Source: Eledone cirrhosa (lineage: Eukaryota). Taken from it: a DNA stretch of 64,000 bases. The notes under the pieces are model-generated. The model had not been told where the DNA came from. It did no database searches and was given only the letters and a program-made list of their open reading frames with translations. The position numbers and the translations under genes are program-made. Position 1 is the stretch's first letter, and the number at the start of each line of letters is the position of its first letter. The stretch lies in the NCBI GenBank assembly GCA_964016885.1, contig OZ024743.1, positions 295,058,001 through 295,122,000 on the forward strand, read 5' to 3'. Of the stretch, positions 28,031 through 40,700 are shown piece by piece.

Positions 28031-31000
28031 ATAATAATAATAATGATTTCATTTATTGGCCACAAGGGCCGACATATAGGGGACAATACAAAAGACTGGG
28101 ACAGTGCGGTCTTACAGAAAAATCGAGTAAACAATATGAATAACAATGACAAAGGAACAATAAAATTACGAAAGAAAAAAATTCCCCAATAGTGGGGAAG
28201 ACCACTTCAGGGTTCGCTCAGATACCCCACTAATCCTGAACGACCCGACGCTTCGAAATCACCCTGGAAGGGTACCCCTCTCCTCCTCAAATGTATCTAC
28301 CTACAGCCGCATGACCAGAGTAGGCCCACTCACACGGGCCATTCTCGCCACATTCACCCACCTTTCAGCAAATATACTGGGGGGCAGCACTTCTCTCTCC
28401 ACCCTCACCTTCCTTTCCAAGTGAAGCTTAAAAAAGTTGATTAGGGATTGGCCGAAGAGAAAAGTGTCTGTTTTCAGTGCTTTCAACCTCGTCCACCATA
28501 CAACCTCTTTCGCTACTGCCACAAGACAGAGGAAAATTGCTTGCCCTTCCTGGCCAAAAGAAGGCGGCGGGTTCATATTCACTATGGACTCGGCCGATAG
28601 CCGGATCCGTTCTACACGCGACAACAGCTGTTCAACATAACTCTACAAGTCAGTAATGCACGGAAACTGGATGAGTGCAGAACGGTTTCGTCGCCCTGCG
28701 CGCATCTCGGGCAGGTCCGTCTGACAGCACTTCCGTGCCTGTAGAGTTTATCTCGAACCGGCCGTGCCCCCCCCCCCGGTAGCACTGCCAAGCGAGGGAC
28801 TTTTGGAAATTATCCATCGTCCCCGGCTCGAAAGTCCTCCGGTACAGACTGGTTAGTTCGACTTCGTTGACTCCCAGAGACTCTCCGAGTGCGTCGTCGC
28901 ACTTGCCCACCACAAATCCTCTAAAGAACTCGAGAGTGGAAGTTCCACTGACCGCATTTCCCGCCTGGTAGAGGGCAGTGAGTGCCTGGCAAGATTCCAG
29001 ATGCCAGTCACCCAGTCTCGGTCTCTTCTTAACCCACCCAGGACTGCAGCTCAGTCAAAGAAACAAGCTGTGGAAAGACCCGTCTGACAAGCGGCGACCA
29101 CACCTGTTCACCGTTTAGGCAGAATATCTGGAAATGCCGCAGCCTAAGAGCGTGCTTGCGCATCATTAGCCACGGCATGTCCAGCCCTCCACGTAGAGGG
29201 TGCTGGCAGTAGATAGACTGCCTCACCAGCGGAACCTGACCCCTCGACAAGAATTTGATGAGGAGCCGCTCCAAGATGGCGAGGCGCGAACGGGGACAAG
29301 GGACGACGGTCAGACGGTAGTAGATGACGGACGCGATGTACGCGTTCGCCACCTCCGCCCGACCTTTCAGTGATAGCTTCATCCCAGTCCATTTCTGGGT
29401 GAGATTGGCTACCCTGCCCATGACCTCGTCCCAATTCTTATCCACCTGGAGCTCTGGCCCGAACCAAACCCCGAGCAACTTTACCGGTCCGTCCGTCCAG
29501 CGCCTAACGACGCTGTTGGACGGCATGGACTTGCCTCTCCAGGTGCCGAGTTGCAAGCCCACCGACGTTTCCGGGTTAAGTTTTGCTCCCGTCAGCCTTT
29601 CATATTCCTTCGATAAGTTGCCGAACACCTCGATTTCTGAGGTATCCGACACCATCACGGTGATGTCGTCCGCATAAGCCGACACAACCTTTCCGCGTCC
29701 CGGTTCGAGCGGGATGCCCTGCAAGAGCTCCAGCTTCTGAAGACGGGGCCGAAGCCAGACGCTTTGAGGACATCCTCGGGGTACCGATGGTCAACTCTAT
29801 CAAATGCTTTCGATTAATCTAAATTGATCAGAGCCCCACCGAAGCCAGGTTTACACCCTACCCTCTCTATGATGTATCGCATTAGGTGGTGGTTGTCGTG
29901 TATGGACCTGGTTGGGATTGCGCAAGTTTGCGTCTCCCCAACCAAATCCCCTACGAAAAGCGACAACCTCTTCGCTAACACACTGGCCAAAATCTTAAAC
30001 TCTGTGTTGAGCAGAGTTATTGGCCAGAAATTGTCTAATGTGTCCCTCTTGTTCTCGTCTTTCCTTATCAGCGTCACTACGCCCCGGCTCACAGAACTGG
30101 GAATACTCCCGTGTTGCTGCCAGTTGCAGTAGAGGGCTTCGAGGAGAATGGAGAACAAGTCTGGCATATTTACGTAAAGCTCGTAGGGCAGACCATCCAA
30201 ACCGGGTGACTTGCGCCTCATGCAGCCGACAAGGGCATCCTGAATCTCGGCTGAAGTAATTGGCCTTTCGCAGCGCCCAGCGTCAGCCGTCGAGAGTTGC
30301 GGCAAGCCATCGAGGTAGGGACTGAAGTCCGCCACCATCTCTGACCCGCCACTTCCCCCGAACAACCGAGCAAAATGTTGGCGAAAGGCCTCACACTTGG
30401 TTCTAGACGATTTTGCACCCCCCACTCCTATCGGATACTCCCACACAGTCCCAGCGTGCGTCTAAGATGCCGTTCCATGCCCCGCTAACAGTAAAGGGCG
30501 CGACGTGCCCAGAAAGGCTTCCAGGCGTCTAAAGAAGTCCGACCGTCCTGCCCCAGTATGAGCATAGACGGCCACCAGTCTAAAGGCTCCACCTTCGTTA
30601 TTATTCACGTCCAGGACCACCAACTTCCCGTCCGGTCCCGGAAGATCGACCTTACCTCGAGATCCATGCCTTTCCTAAACAGCACTGCCACCCGCCTCCC
30701 ATTCCCGGCCGGCTAACAGATGCAAAGATCTGATAGTCGTCGAAAATGGGGGCTAGTGCGCGCGTGTCGGAAACCCTGGTCTCGCTGACGGCAATTACAT
30801 CCATTTCTAGAGACCTGAGGTCGTTGAGCAAGTTACCCTGTTTCCAGGACGATCCCAGGCCTCGAACATTTAAGCATCCTACTCTTAATACGGCCCTGTT
30901 GGCAGCTTAAAAAAGAGAGAGGAAATGTTTACTTACCTTCCGGGCTCGTGTGAAGGTCGGGTTGTTCGACCTCCATAGTTGGTGGGGTTTCTTTTGGGAA

Positions 31001-32988
31001 CCCCTTTAAAAGTCTTGAAGTGGACTTTACGTTCGGGGTTCCCACGTTCCGAGGAAAGCTGTCTCGTATTTCTTTGTATAAATCGATCGACATTCGCACC
31101 AGAAATCAAATCTTCCGGCACGCGAAATGTGCTCGATTTAAAAATTTCCCCCTCTTTTTGTATATTTTCACTTCGTGCTACGAGGGCCATCCGTTCCTTG
31201 TTCGCCCTCCTGACGAGCACGAAATTGTGTATGTTTTGTTGTGATTTTATTTGTTTGCGTGGCTGTGGTGGTGATGTTGTTTCGGTTGTGTCTGTGTTTG
31301 TTGTGAGTGCGGTGTCTGTGGTTTCAGATGTTTGTGTGTATATTTGTTCTTGCATCTGTTTAGGTTGTTTGCGTTTGGGGGATTCTCGTGATGGTGATGG
31401 CGGTGTTGGTGTTGGTGTTATTGGAGAGATGTTTGCGTGGGTGGTGTCTGCGTTTTATATTGTGGCTGATTTTGTGCTTTGTTGAGTTTTTTTTTTTCTT
31501 TTTGTTTCCTATTTTGTATTTTGGGGGATTTTGGTTTTCCCTCATCTTCACTACTGGTAGATGAGGGGGTCTGTGTCTGTAAGTGTGTCTGTATGTATGT
31601 TTATGTTTTTATTGGTGTGTGTATTTTGGGAGGGAGGGGGAATTTGACAGCTTTCCTCGTTTCCCCCCTGGGTGGTCAATGTTGGTGGTGGTCTTTCTAT
31701 TGGTGTTGTTGTTGGTGGTTTTGCCGGTGATGGTGTTGGTTGTGGTCCTCGCCCTGGCGTTGGCAGCAGTGGAGCCTTTCGACCCCTTTCCTCTTTCAGC
31801 AGTTGAGGGCAGAAGGCTCGCAAATGGGTTTTTTCCCCACAAACAAAACACTGCGGCCTTTTGCCTTCGGTCATAATGTGCATGACCGTCCCATTGTGAA
31901 AGCGGATGTGGTCCTTGATTGTCTTCACATTCTCGGGCCTGATCTGGCGAAGGATCTCCAGGTCAACCCCGAACCAGTCCTCTCTGGCCGTTCTGGTCAC
32001 TTATATAGGGACAGTATCCGTCCCCTCCACAATCACACATCCCAGAAGCCACCACATGTCAAGTCCTGGTGGGATTCTGGGAATGAGGACACGGGCCGTT
32101 TTTTCCCATGTGGGAGGGGTACATTATGACCTTGCTGGTTTTGCAAGGAGTCATAGCGTGTTTCATAGCGAGGGCTTCTGACTTGAACAACACCGAAATG
32201 GTGCCGTACTGTCTGCCCCTCTCTATGTATTCGGTGTCTTCTCTGATGCACCTCAGCGCGACTTCGACATCTTCTTGTGGGATTAAAGCTGCCCTTTTGG
32301 TTTGTGCTGAGATGCATCTATAATGCACCGTTCTGCGCTCCACTGCCTCAATAGCTTCTACCGGGACAGTTAAATTGGCCCAGGTTTGCTCCTGCTTGAT
32401 GAGCTTCCATGCCTGGGCCAACTTTTCATCTTTGTTTGAGAGGTCCATGTTGAATCATGGCCTCTTTTTGCTGCTATCATTGTTGTCTTTGTTGCTACCG
32501 TTGTTTTTGGTGCAGTTGGTATTATTGCTGTCGGTGTTGTCGCTATTTGTTTTCATGTTAGCGGTGTTGATATTGTTGTTGCATTTGTTATTTTTTTTTT
32601 TTTTGTTATCTGTATTTTCGTTGTCGATGTTACTGTCATTTTTTTCAAAATTAGAGTTCTCATTGGTATCATTGCTGTCATTGTTTACATTGTTTGTGGT
32701 GGTGTTTGTGTTATCAATTTGTGTTAATTTCGCTGTAGCGCTCCTCTCAACTAGTACGTCGCATGGGGGAGTCAGCCATTTTTGTTTTTTTTCTCCGTAA
32801 ATTTTTTAACATGCAAAAAAAAGTTCAAATATTTCGGCCAAAAGGCCCAAATATTATACATTCCCCTTCACAGGGCAAAGTCTACGGGCCTATATCCCTT
32901 ACACAACAAGAAATATTTAACAACAAATAATTTTAACAGGCAAATAAAGCGACTTACTGGGAGTGAGCAAAATACGTCCGATTAGACC
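28031..32988 (-). mobile_element. Near full-length L1/Tx1-clade LINE (ORF1 + ORF2 with internal deletion)
   Basis: ORF1 ~32779-30933 with an RRM-like region and CFVCGEKTHLRAFC knuckle. ORF2 has APE (LNVRGL, AVYA), KSPGLDGLPYE, PITLLNTEFKILA and AYADDIT. The APE C-terminus and linker are deleted at ~30420. Bounded by (TAA)n. Confidence 0.9.
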
Positions 32989-33028
<40 letters not shown>

Positions 33029-33029
33029 G

Positions 33030-33217
33030 TTTCTTATATAGGCACAATGCCAGTATTTGGGGGGAGGGGAAAGTCGATTAAATCGACCCCAGTGCGTGAC
33101 TGGTACTTTATTTTATCGACCCCGTAAGGATGAAAGGCAAAGCTAACCTCAGCGGGATTTGAACTCAGAACGGAAAGAGTCGTAACTCTATGCTATGATA
33201 CTGCCAATACTTCGCCC

Positions 33218-33219
<2 letters not shown>
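33030..33219 (-). mobile_element. SINE copy between two (TAA)n tracts
   Basis: Reverse-complement B-box gagttcaaatcccgctgagg and central domain. Confidence 0.9.
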
Positions 33220-33288
<69 letters not shown>

Positions 33289-36200
33289 TCTTTTTTTATT
33301 AACCACAAGGGTCTACATAAAGTAAACATTAAAGACAGTACAGGACAATATAAGGCGGTACAAATGGGCATTTCTGCGTGTAAAAAAAAGAAACAGAGAA
33401 TGTAATAATAGAACAATGAAAAAATTCCCCAATAGGGGGGAGACTTCCGAGGGACATTCGTGGAGAAAGCCCATTAAAAGACCACAGTGACCCTGACCAC
33501 CAGGGCAAGAGCCCTCTTCCAGTTTTCCACCTTTAATTTACAGACATATACTCAGAGTAGGCCCATTGACTCGGGCCATTCTTGCCTCTCTCACCCATTT
33601 TTCAACAAAATGCTGGGAAGAGAGCACTTCCCTCTCTACCCAGATTTTCCTTTTTAAATGAAATTTGAAAAAGTTAATCAGGACATCACCGAAGAGGTAA
33701 GTGCTCGTCTTCAGCCCTTTCAAAGGTGTCCACCATAATATCTCTTTCGCCATGCCCACCAGACAGATAAAAACTGCGCTAAAGGAAGAGGGCGGGGCAA
33801 TCTTCACGATGGACTCAGCTGATAGCTGGATTCGTCCTACACGCGACAGCAGGTGTTCTACATAAACCCACAAGTCAGCAATGCTCGGACACTGGACAAG
33901 TGCGTGCAGGACGGTTTCGTCGCCCTGCGCGCATCTCGGACATGCCCGACTGACGGCACCTCCATGCCTGTAGAGTTTATCTCGAACTGGCAAAGCTCCT
34001 CGGTAGCACTGCCAGGCCAGGGATTTCTGGAAGTTGTCCATAGGCCCCGGCCTGAAAGTTCTTCCGAAGAGACTGGCTAGTTGATTTTCGTCGACGCCTA
34101 GAGTTTCCCCAAGTACGTCGTCGCTCATCCCCTCCACTAATCCTTTATAGAACGCCAAGCTGGAGTTTCCACCGATCAGATTGCCCGATTGCTCGAGGGT
34201 TGTGAGCGCCTGAAGACATTCCAGTCTCCAAGCGCTACCCCTCGGTCTTGGCTTGACCCAGGACTGCAGCTCTGTCAAGGAGACAAGCTGGGGAAAGACG
34301 CGTCTAGCAAACGGAGACCACACCAGATCACCGTCGAGGAAGAGGTGGAGATGTCGTAGCCTGAGCGCGGGTCTGCGCATCATCAGCCACGGCATTCCCA
34401 GCCCTCCACGTAGCGGCTGTTGACAGCAGATGGACCGCCTGACCATCGGAGCGCGTCCCTTCCACAAAAAGCGAAAGAGCAAACGCTCCAGTGCAGTCAG
34501 GCGGGGCTTAGGACAAGGTACGACGGTCAGGAGGTAGTAGATGACGGACGCGATATACGCGTAGGCCACCGCGCTCGACCTTTCAGGGATAGCTTCCTCT
34601 CCGCCAATTTCTGGGTGAGAGAAGCCACCCTGCTCGTCACCTCGTCCCAGTTTTTGTCCGTCTGGAAATCCGGACCGAACCAGACCCCGAGCAATTTAAC
34701 TGGTCCGTCCGTCCAGCGCCCGACGACGCTGTTGGACGGCATGGACCTGCATCTCCAGGTGCCGAGCTGCATGCCCACTGACTTTTCCTGGTTGATCATT
34801 GCTCCTGTCACCGCTTCGTATTCTCTTAGTGTAGTGCCGATCGCCTTGATGTGTTTGGCGTTCGACACCACTACGGTGACATCGTCCGAATATGCTGACA
34901 CGGATCTTCCGCATCCTAGTTCGCGCGGGATCCCCCTCAACGTCTCCCGTTTGTGCAGTAATGGCTCGAGTGTCAATACGTACAAGAGGGACGAGAGGGG
35001 ACATCATTGGCGGACCGAGCGCATGATGTTGAACGGTTACGAAAGGTGACCGTTCACTCTCACCACAGAGCAGATGTCGCTGTGCATGGCAGCGATCCAG
35101 CATCTGAAGACGGGCCCAAAGCCAGCCGCCCTCAGGACTGCCGCTAGGTAACGATGGTCGACCTTATCGAAAGCTTTCGACTAATCTAAATTGATCAAGG
35201 ACCCACCCGTGCCAGATTCCCTAGCTACCCTCTCTACGATGTATCGCATGAGGTGGAGGTTGTCGTGGATGGATCTGTCGGGAATGGCGCATGTCTGCGC
35301 CTCTCCCACTAGACCCCAACGACAAGCACCAACCTCTTTGTTAGCACCTTGGCCAAAATCTTGAACTCTGTGTTTAGCAGGGATATGGGACTGAAATTAT
35401 CTATGTTATCCCCCTTATTCGGATCCTTTCTCAGCAGCGCCACAGCTCCTCGGCTCACAGAGCTAGGAATTCACCCGTTCTGTTGCCAGTTGCAGTAGAC
35501 GTCCGCCAAGAGGCCTCTGAACAAGTCTGGCATCTGTACGTAAAGTTCATAGGGCAGACCATCCAAACCAGGCGATTTACTCCTTGTGCAGCTAGTCATT
35601 GCCTCCCGTACTTCAGCGGCTGTTATCGGCTATTCGCAACACTCCGCCTCAGTGGCCGAGAGACGCGGCAGTCCGTCGAGTTAGAGACTAAAGTCCATCC
35701 CTCGATCCGGCCCGCCGCAGCCCCCGAACAACTTAGCGAAGTGTCGCTGAAAAGCTTCACACATTTGCCCGGGATCGAGTAGCATGCGCACGTCGTGGTC
35801 CACCAAAGACCGGATCATGGCTTTGTTGCCACGACGCCCCTCCGCCACTAGGGCCCATTGAACGGCTTTCGTCCCCTCGTGTCTGAGAGCACGCACCCTA
35901 GCTCTGACAATGCAGCCTTCGTGCTTTGCGTTGAAGAATTGGTCAAGAGCCAATTTCGCCGCAAGTACGTCGGTCGCGATGCTTTTGCTAAGCGCCTCTT
36001 ATAATGTTCTAACTAATTCTCCCTCTGCTCTATTTTTCTCTATTGCTAAAGCCTTACTAAACCTAATGGACTCTATTCTAATTGCTCTTTTCAGAGCAAA
36101 CCACCACTTGTTGACGATGGCCCCCGTCAACGCCCGCTTAACTAGTTCGCTAATCCGGTCTGGTCTCTGTAGGCCTTGCGCGCTGGTAAGGACGCGTTTA

Positions 36201-36624
36201 ACTTCCAGTAGCCGGGTCCTCGTCTATGAAGCCTATCTAAGTCAAGCATACAGATCACGAATGTGTGGTCCGTGTAGCTGAATTGTGGACAGCCTATGCT
36301 AGACCTATCTATTTCTCTACAAAATACTCTATCTAGATATGATCTGGATGACCCTATGCGATTTGTCCAAGTCCACAATGGCACATTCGGGAAATCCAAT
36401 CGGTACCTGTTAGACAGTTCAAAACTCCTGAGCAGGTTGGTGAGACTCTTGCACCCTCGTCCCCTATCCGCTAATCCCACACAGTCCCAACGTGCATCTA
36501 AGATCCCGTTCCAGGCGCCCACTAACACTAAAGAGCGGGACGTTCCAAGAAAGGTCTCCAGACGCCGGAAGAAATCATGCCGCCCTGCTCCTGTCGGGGC
36601 ATAAACGGCCACTAGCCTGAAGGC
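33220..36624 (-). mobile_element. 5'-truncated L1/Tx1-clade LINE (mid-APE to 3' end, long (TTA)n tail)
   Basis: AFRLVAVYAP, SYLDRVF, GYWKLN, AYSDDVT and CPRC...ETVLHALVQC in ORFs 36142-36633, 34527-34985 and 33538-34569. Confidence 0.92.
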
Positions 36625-37655
36625 TGACAACACCCGCTACGCGGAGGGCTGGGAATGCCGTGGCTGATGATGCGCAGACCCGCGCTCAGGCTACGACATC
36701 TCCACCTCTTCCTCGACGGTGATCTGGTGTGGTCTCCGTTTGCTAGACGCGTCTTTCCCCAGCTCGTCTCCTTGACAGAGCTGCAGTCCTGGGTCAAGCC
36801 AAGACCGAGGGGGAGCGCTTGGCGACTGGAATGTCTTCAGGCGCTGACAACCCTCGACCAATCGGGCAATGTGATCGGTGAAAACTCCAGCTTGGCGTTC
36901 TATAAAGCATTAGTGGAGGGGAAGAGCGACGACGTACTTGGGGAAACTCTAGGCGTCGACGAAAATCAACTAGCCAGTCTCTTCGGAAGAACTTTCAGGC
37001 CGGGACCTATGGACAACTTCCAGAAATCCCTGCAACTCTCGTCCAATGTCCGAGCATTACTGACTTGTGGGTTTATGTCGAACACCTGCTGTCACGTCTA
37101 GGACGGATCCAGCTATCAGCTGAGTCCATCGTGAAGATTGCCCCGCCCTCTTGCTTTAGCCGGGAAGGGCAGGCAGTTTTTATCTGCCTGGTGGCCATGG
37201 CGAAAGAGATAGTATGGTGGACACGTTTGAAAGGGCTGAAGACGAGCACTTACCTCTTCAGTGATGCCCTGATTAACTTTTTCAAATTTCATTTGAACTG
37301 GAAAATCAGGGTAGAGAGGGAAGTGCTCTCTTCCCAGCATTTTGTTGAAAAATGGGTGAGAGAAGCAAGTATGACCCGAGTGAATGGGCCTACTCTGTGT
37401 ATGTGTCTGTAAATTAAAGGTGGAAAACTGGGAGAGGGCACTTGCCCTGGTGGTCAGGGTCACTGTGGCCTTTTATTGGGCTTTCACCACAAATGTCCCT
37501 CGGAAGTCTCCCCCCTATTAGGGAATTTTTCCTTGTTATTTTTATTACATCCTCTGTTTTTTAACACGCAGAAATGCCCATTTGTACCGTCCTGTATTGT
37601 CCTGTACTGTCCTTAATGTTTACTTTATGTAAACCTTTGTGGTTAATAAAGAAAG

Positions 37656-37702
<47 letters not shown>
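36625..37702 (+). mobile_element. Second 5'-truncated copy of the same Tx1 subfamily, head-to-head with 33220-36624
   Basis: High-identity reverse complement of ~33290-34425 with an internal deletion near 37030; has its own (TTA)n tail at 37657-37702. Confidence 0.92.
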
Positions 37703-37703
<1 letters not shown>

Positions 37704-40700
37704 GGCCGCACATGTGTGAAGACAGTACAAATCTGAGGGGGAAAAGGTTCGTAACTTTAAGCTGTTTTAAAGTGTCATTTTTTGTATTTTCTCGTCGTTA
37801 ACGAAACTTAAGTTACACATCTTGATTTAAAGAGAGGGATACCTCTCAATATTCGCGCTTTAAGCCCGAATATTCAGATTTATTTTTAAAATCTTCGAAA
37901 AAAATCACTTCACCACCAAAAGAAAATTATGGAAATTTTCGATCTTGAAATGGTAAACAACGTTCAGGTCAAAAGTTTAACGGCAGCCACTGTAGATTTC
38001 ACCACGACTACGACGGCTACAGTCATGCCTGTCATCCACTCTACTGAATGTGAAGGCAAAACTCAAAAGCTAACATCACAACCTTCTGCGATAGCAGCAG
38101 TATCATCTGAAAACGACATCACCACCACCACAACAATAACTCAGAGCAATAACGACAATAACACCGACAGCTTCAATGTAAACAAGGATGGCGGTGGCAA
38201 CACCAATAACAACAGCAAGAATGACAACAATGGCAACAACAACAACAACAACAATAAGAGCATCACAAACACCACATTTGCTGCAGCAGCAGCAAAAACA
38301 AAGCGCTTATTGAATATTGATATTGATATTAGCGATAAAGAGGAACAGTTGGCCAAAGCGTGGAGGCTAATTAAACGGAAGAAGTCCTGGGCAAACCTGA
38401 CCATCCCGGACGAGGCAATAGCGGCCATGCAAAGGAGGACGCTTTTCTTTCGATGTATTTCGGTGCTGACACGAAAAGTGGAACTTGCGAGCCAAGCAGA
38501 GGTAAACAGTTCGGTACCATCTCTGTACTGTTCAAAACCGAGGCCCTCGCTATTAAGCACTCGGTGATCCCCTGCAGAACGGAACGCATTATCATGCATC
38601 CGTCCTATATGGGTAAAAGGACAGTGAAGGTACGCATTCCCAGCATCCCACCAGGAATGAACATATGGTGGCTGCTGGGATGCGTAATCGAGGAGGGGAC
38701 AGACACTACCCTCATGGACATCAAAAGGACAGAGAGAGAGGACTGGTCCGGAATGGATTTGGAGATTCTTCTCCAAATAAAACCGGAGGATATGAATAAC
38801 ATCCCGGATTTTGCTCGCCTGCAGGACGGGACAACAATCGAACTAATGATTATTGGAAGAAGGACACGCTGCTTCGTCTGCGGGGAAGCAACACATCTTC
38901 AAGCCTTCTGCCCTCAGCGCAAAAATGCAGGGGGTCGCAAACCTCCTTTGTTGCCAACGCCAGTGTCAGCACGGAAAGCTGCACCACCACCACCACCAAA
39001 AACAACATCAACAAAAACACGGACACCAACACCAAAACCAATCCAAGGAGAAAACGAGGAAAGCTCTCCCACTCCCCCTACCCCCCCCAATTATACACAT
39101 AGACAAAACAATAAACGCACACACAGACACAGAGACACTCACAGACACAGACCCTTTGTCTTCCAGCAGCGAAGATGAAGGAAAACCCAAAAGTGCAAAA
39201 AAAAAACAGAGAAAACTCACTAAAAAAAAGCCCCAACAAAACACAGAAATACACACAACAAAAAATACAGACACCACTAACGCAAACACTTCCCCAATAA
39301 CATCATCACCAACAGCAACATCGACACCACCTCCACAATCCCCGAAACGCAAACAACTTAAACAAACACAAGTACAAATAAACACACAAATACCTGAAAT
39401 TGCAGACAACACACCTACAACAAACATAGACATACCCGAAACAACACCACCAAAACCATCGCCACCACCTTCACCAAAACAAAAACAAATAAAACCACAC
39501 CAACAAAATGTTAAAAACTTCGTGCTTGTCAGAAGGGCCAACGATAAACTGATGGCCCTCTTAGCGCGAAGCGAGGACATTCAAACAGAGGGGGGATTTT
39601 TGAAATGAGCACATTTTGCGTGCCAGAAGATTTGCTTCTGGTCCGAATGTCACTCAATTCCTTCAAAGAAATTCGAGAGAGCTTTCCTCGAGACGTGGGA
39701 ACCCCGAATGTGAACCCACATCAAGACTTTTAAAGGGGTTCCCAAAAGAAACCCCACCAAACATGGAGGTCGAACCACCCGACCTTCACAAGACCCGGGA
39801 GGTAAGTAAACCTTCCATCTCTCTCTCTCTCTCTTAGCTTACCAATATGGCCATATTAAGAGTAGGAAGTTTAAATGTTCGCGGCCTGGGGTCACCCTGG
39901 AAGCAGGGTCGCCTGCTCAACGACCTCCGGTCGCTGGAAATGGATGTGATTGCCATAAGCGAGACCAGAATTTCCGACAAGCGCGCACTAGCCCCCATTT
40001 TCGACGACTATCAGATTTTCGCATCTGTTAGCAGGCCGGGAATGGGGGATGGGGTGGCAGTGCTGTTTACGAAAGGACTGGATCTCGAGGTAAGGTCGAT
40101 CTTCCGGGACCCGGACGGTCGGTTGGTGGACTTGGATGTGAGCAGTAGCGAAGGTGGGGCCTTTAGACTGCTGGCTGTCTACGCACCTACAGGGGCCGGA
40201 CGACCTGACTTTTTTAGGCGCCTGGAGACCTTTCTGGGTACGTCTCGCCCTTTACTGTGGCTTGAGCTCGGTTTGGAAACAGGGTCACTTGTTTAACGAC
40301 CTCAGGTCACTAAACATAAATCTGGTGGCCATCAGCGAGACGAGAATCTCTGAAACGCAAGCTTTCGCACCGATCTTCGACGGTTACGAGGTGTACTCAT
40401 CTCATAGCGGGCAGTGGAGTGGCTGTATTGTTTCGGAAAGGCTTGGATCTCGCCATACGGACCATCTTCCTGGACCCAGAAGGTAGGTTGGTGGTGCTGG
40501 ACGTAAGCGGCACCGAATGCAACGCTTTCAGGCTAGTAGCCGTCTATGCCTTAACAGGGACAGGAGGGCCAGATTTCTTCAGACGTCTAGAGATCTTCTT
40601 GGAACGTCCCGCTCTTTAGTGTTAGTGGGCGTCTGGAACGGTATCTTGGATGCATGCTGGGATTGTGTGGGGCTAGTGGATAGGGGAGGAGGGTGCAAGA

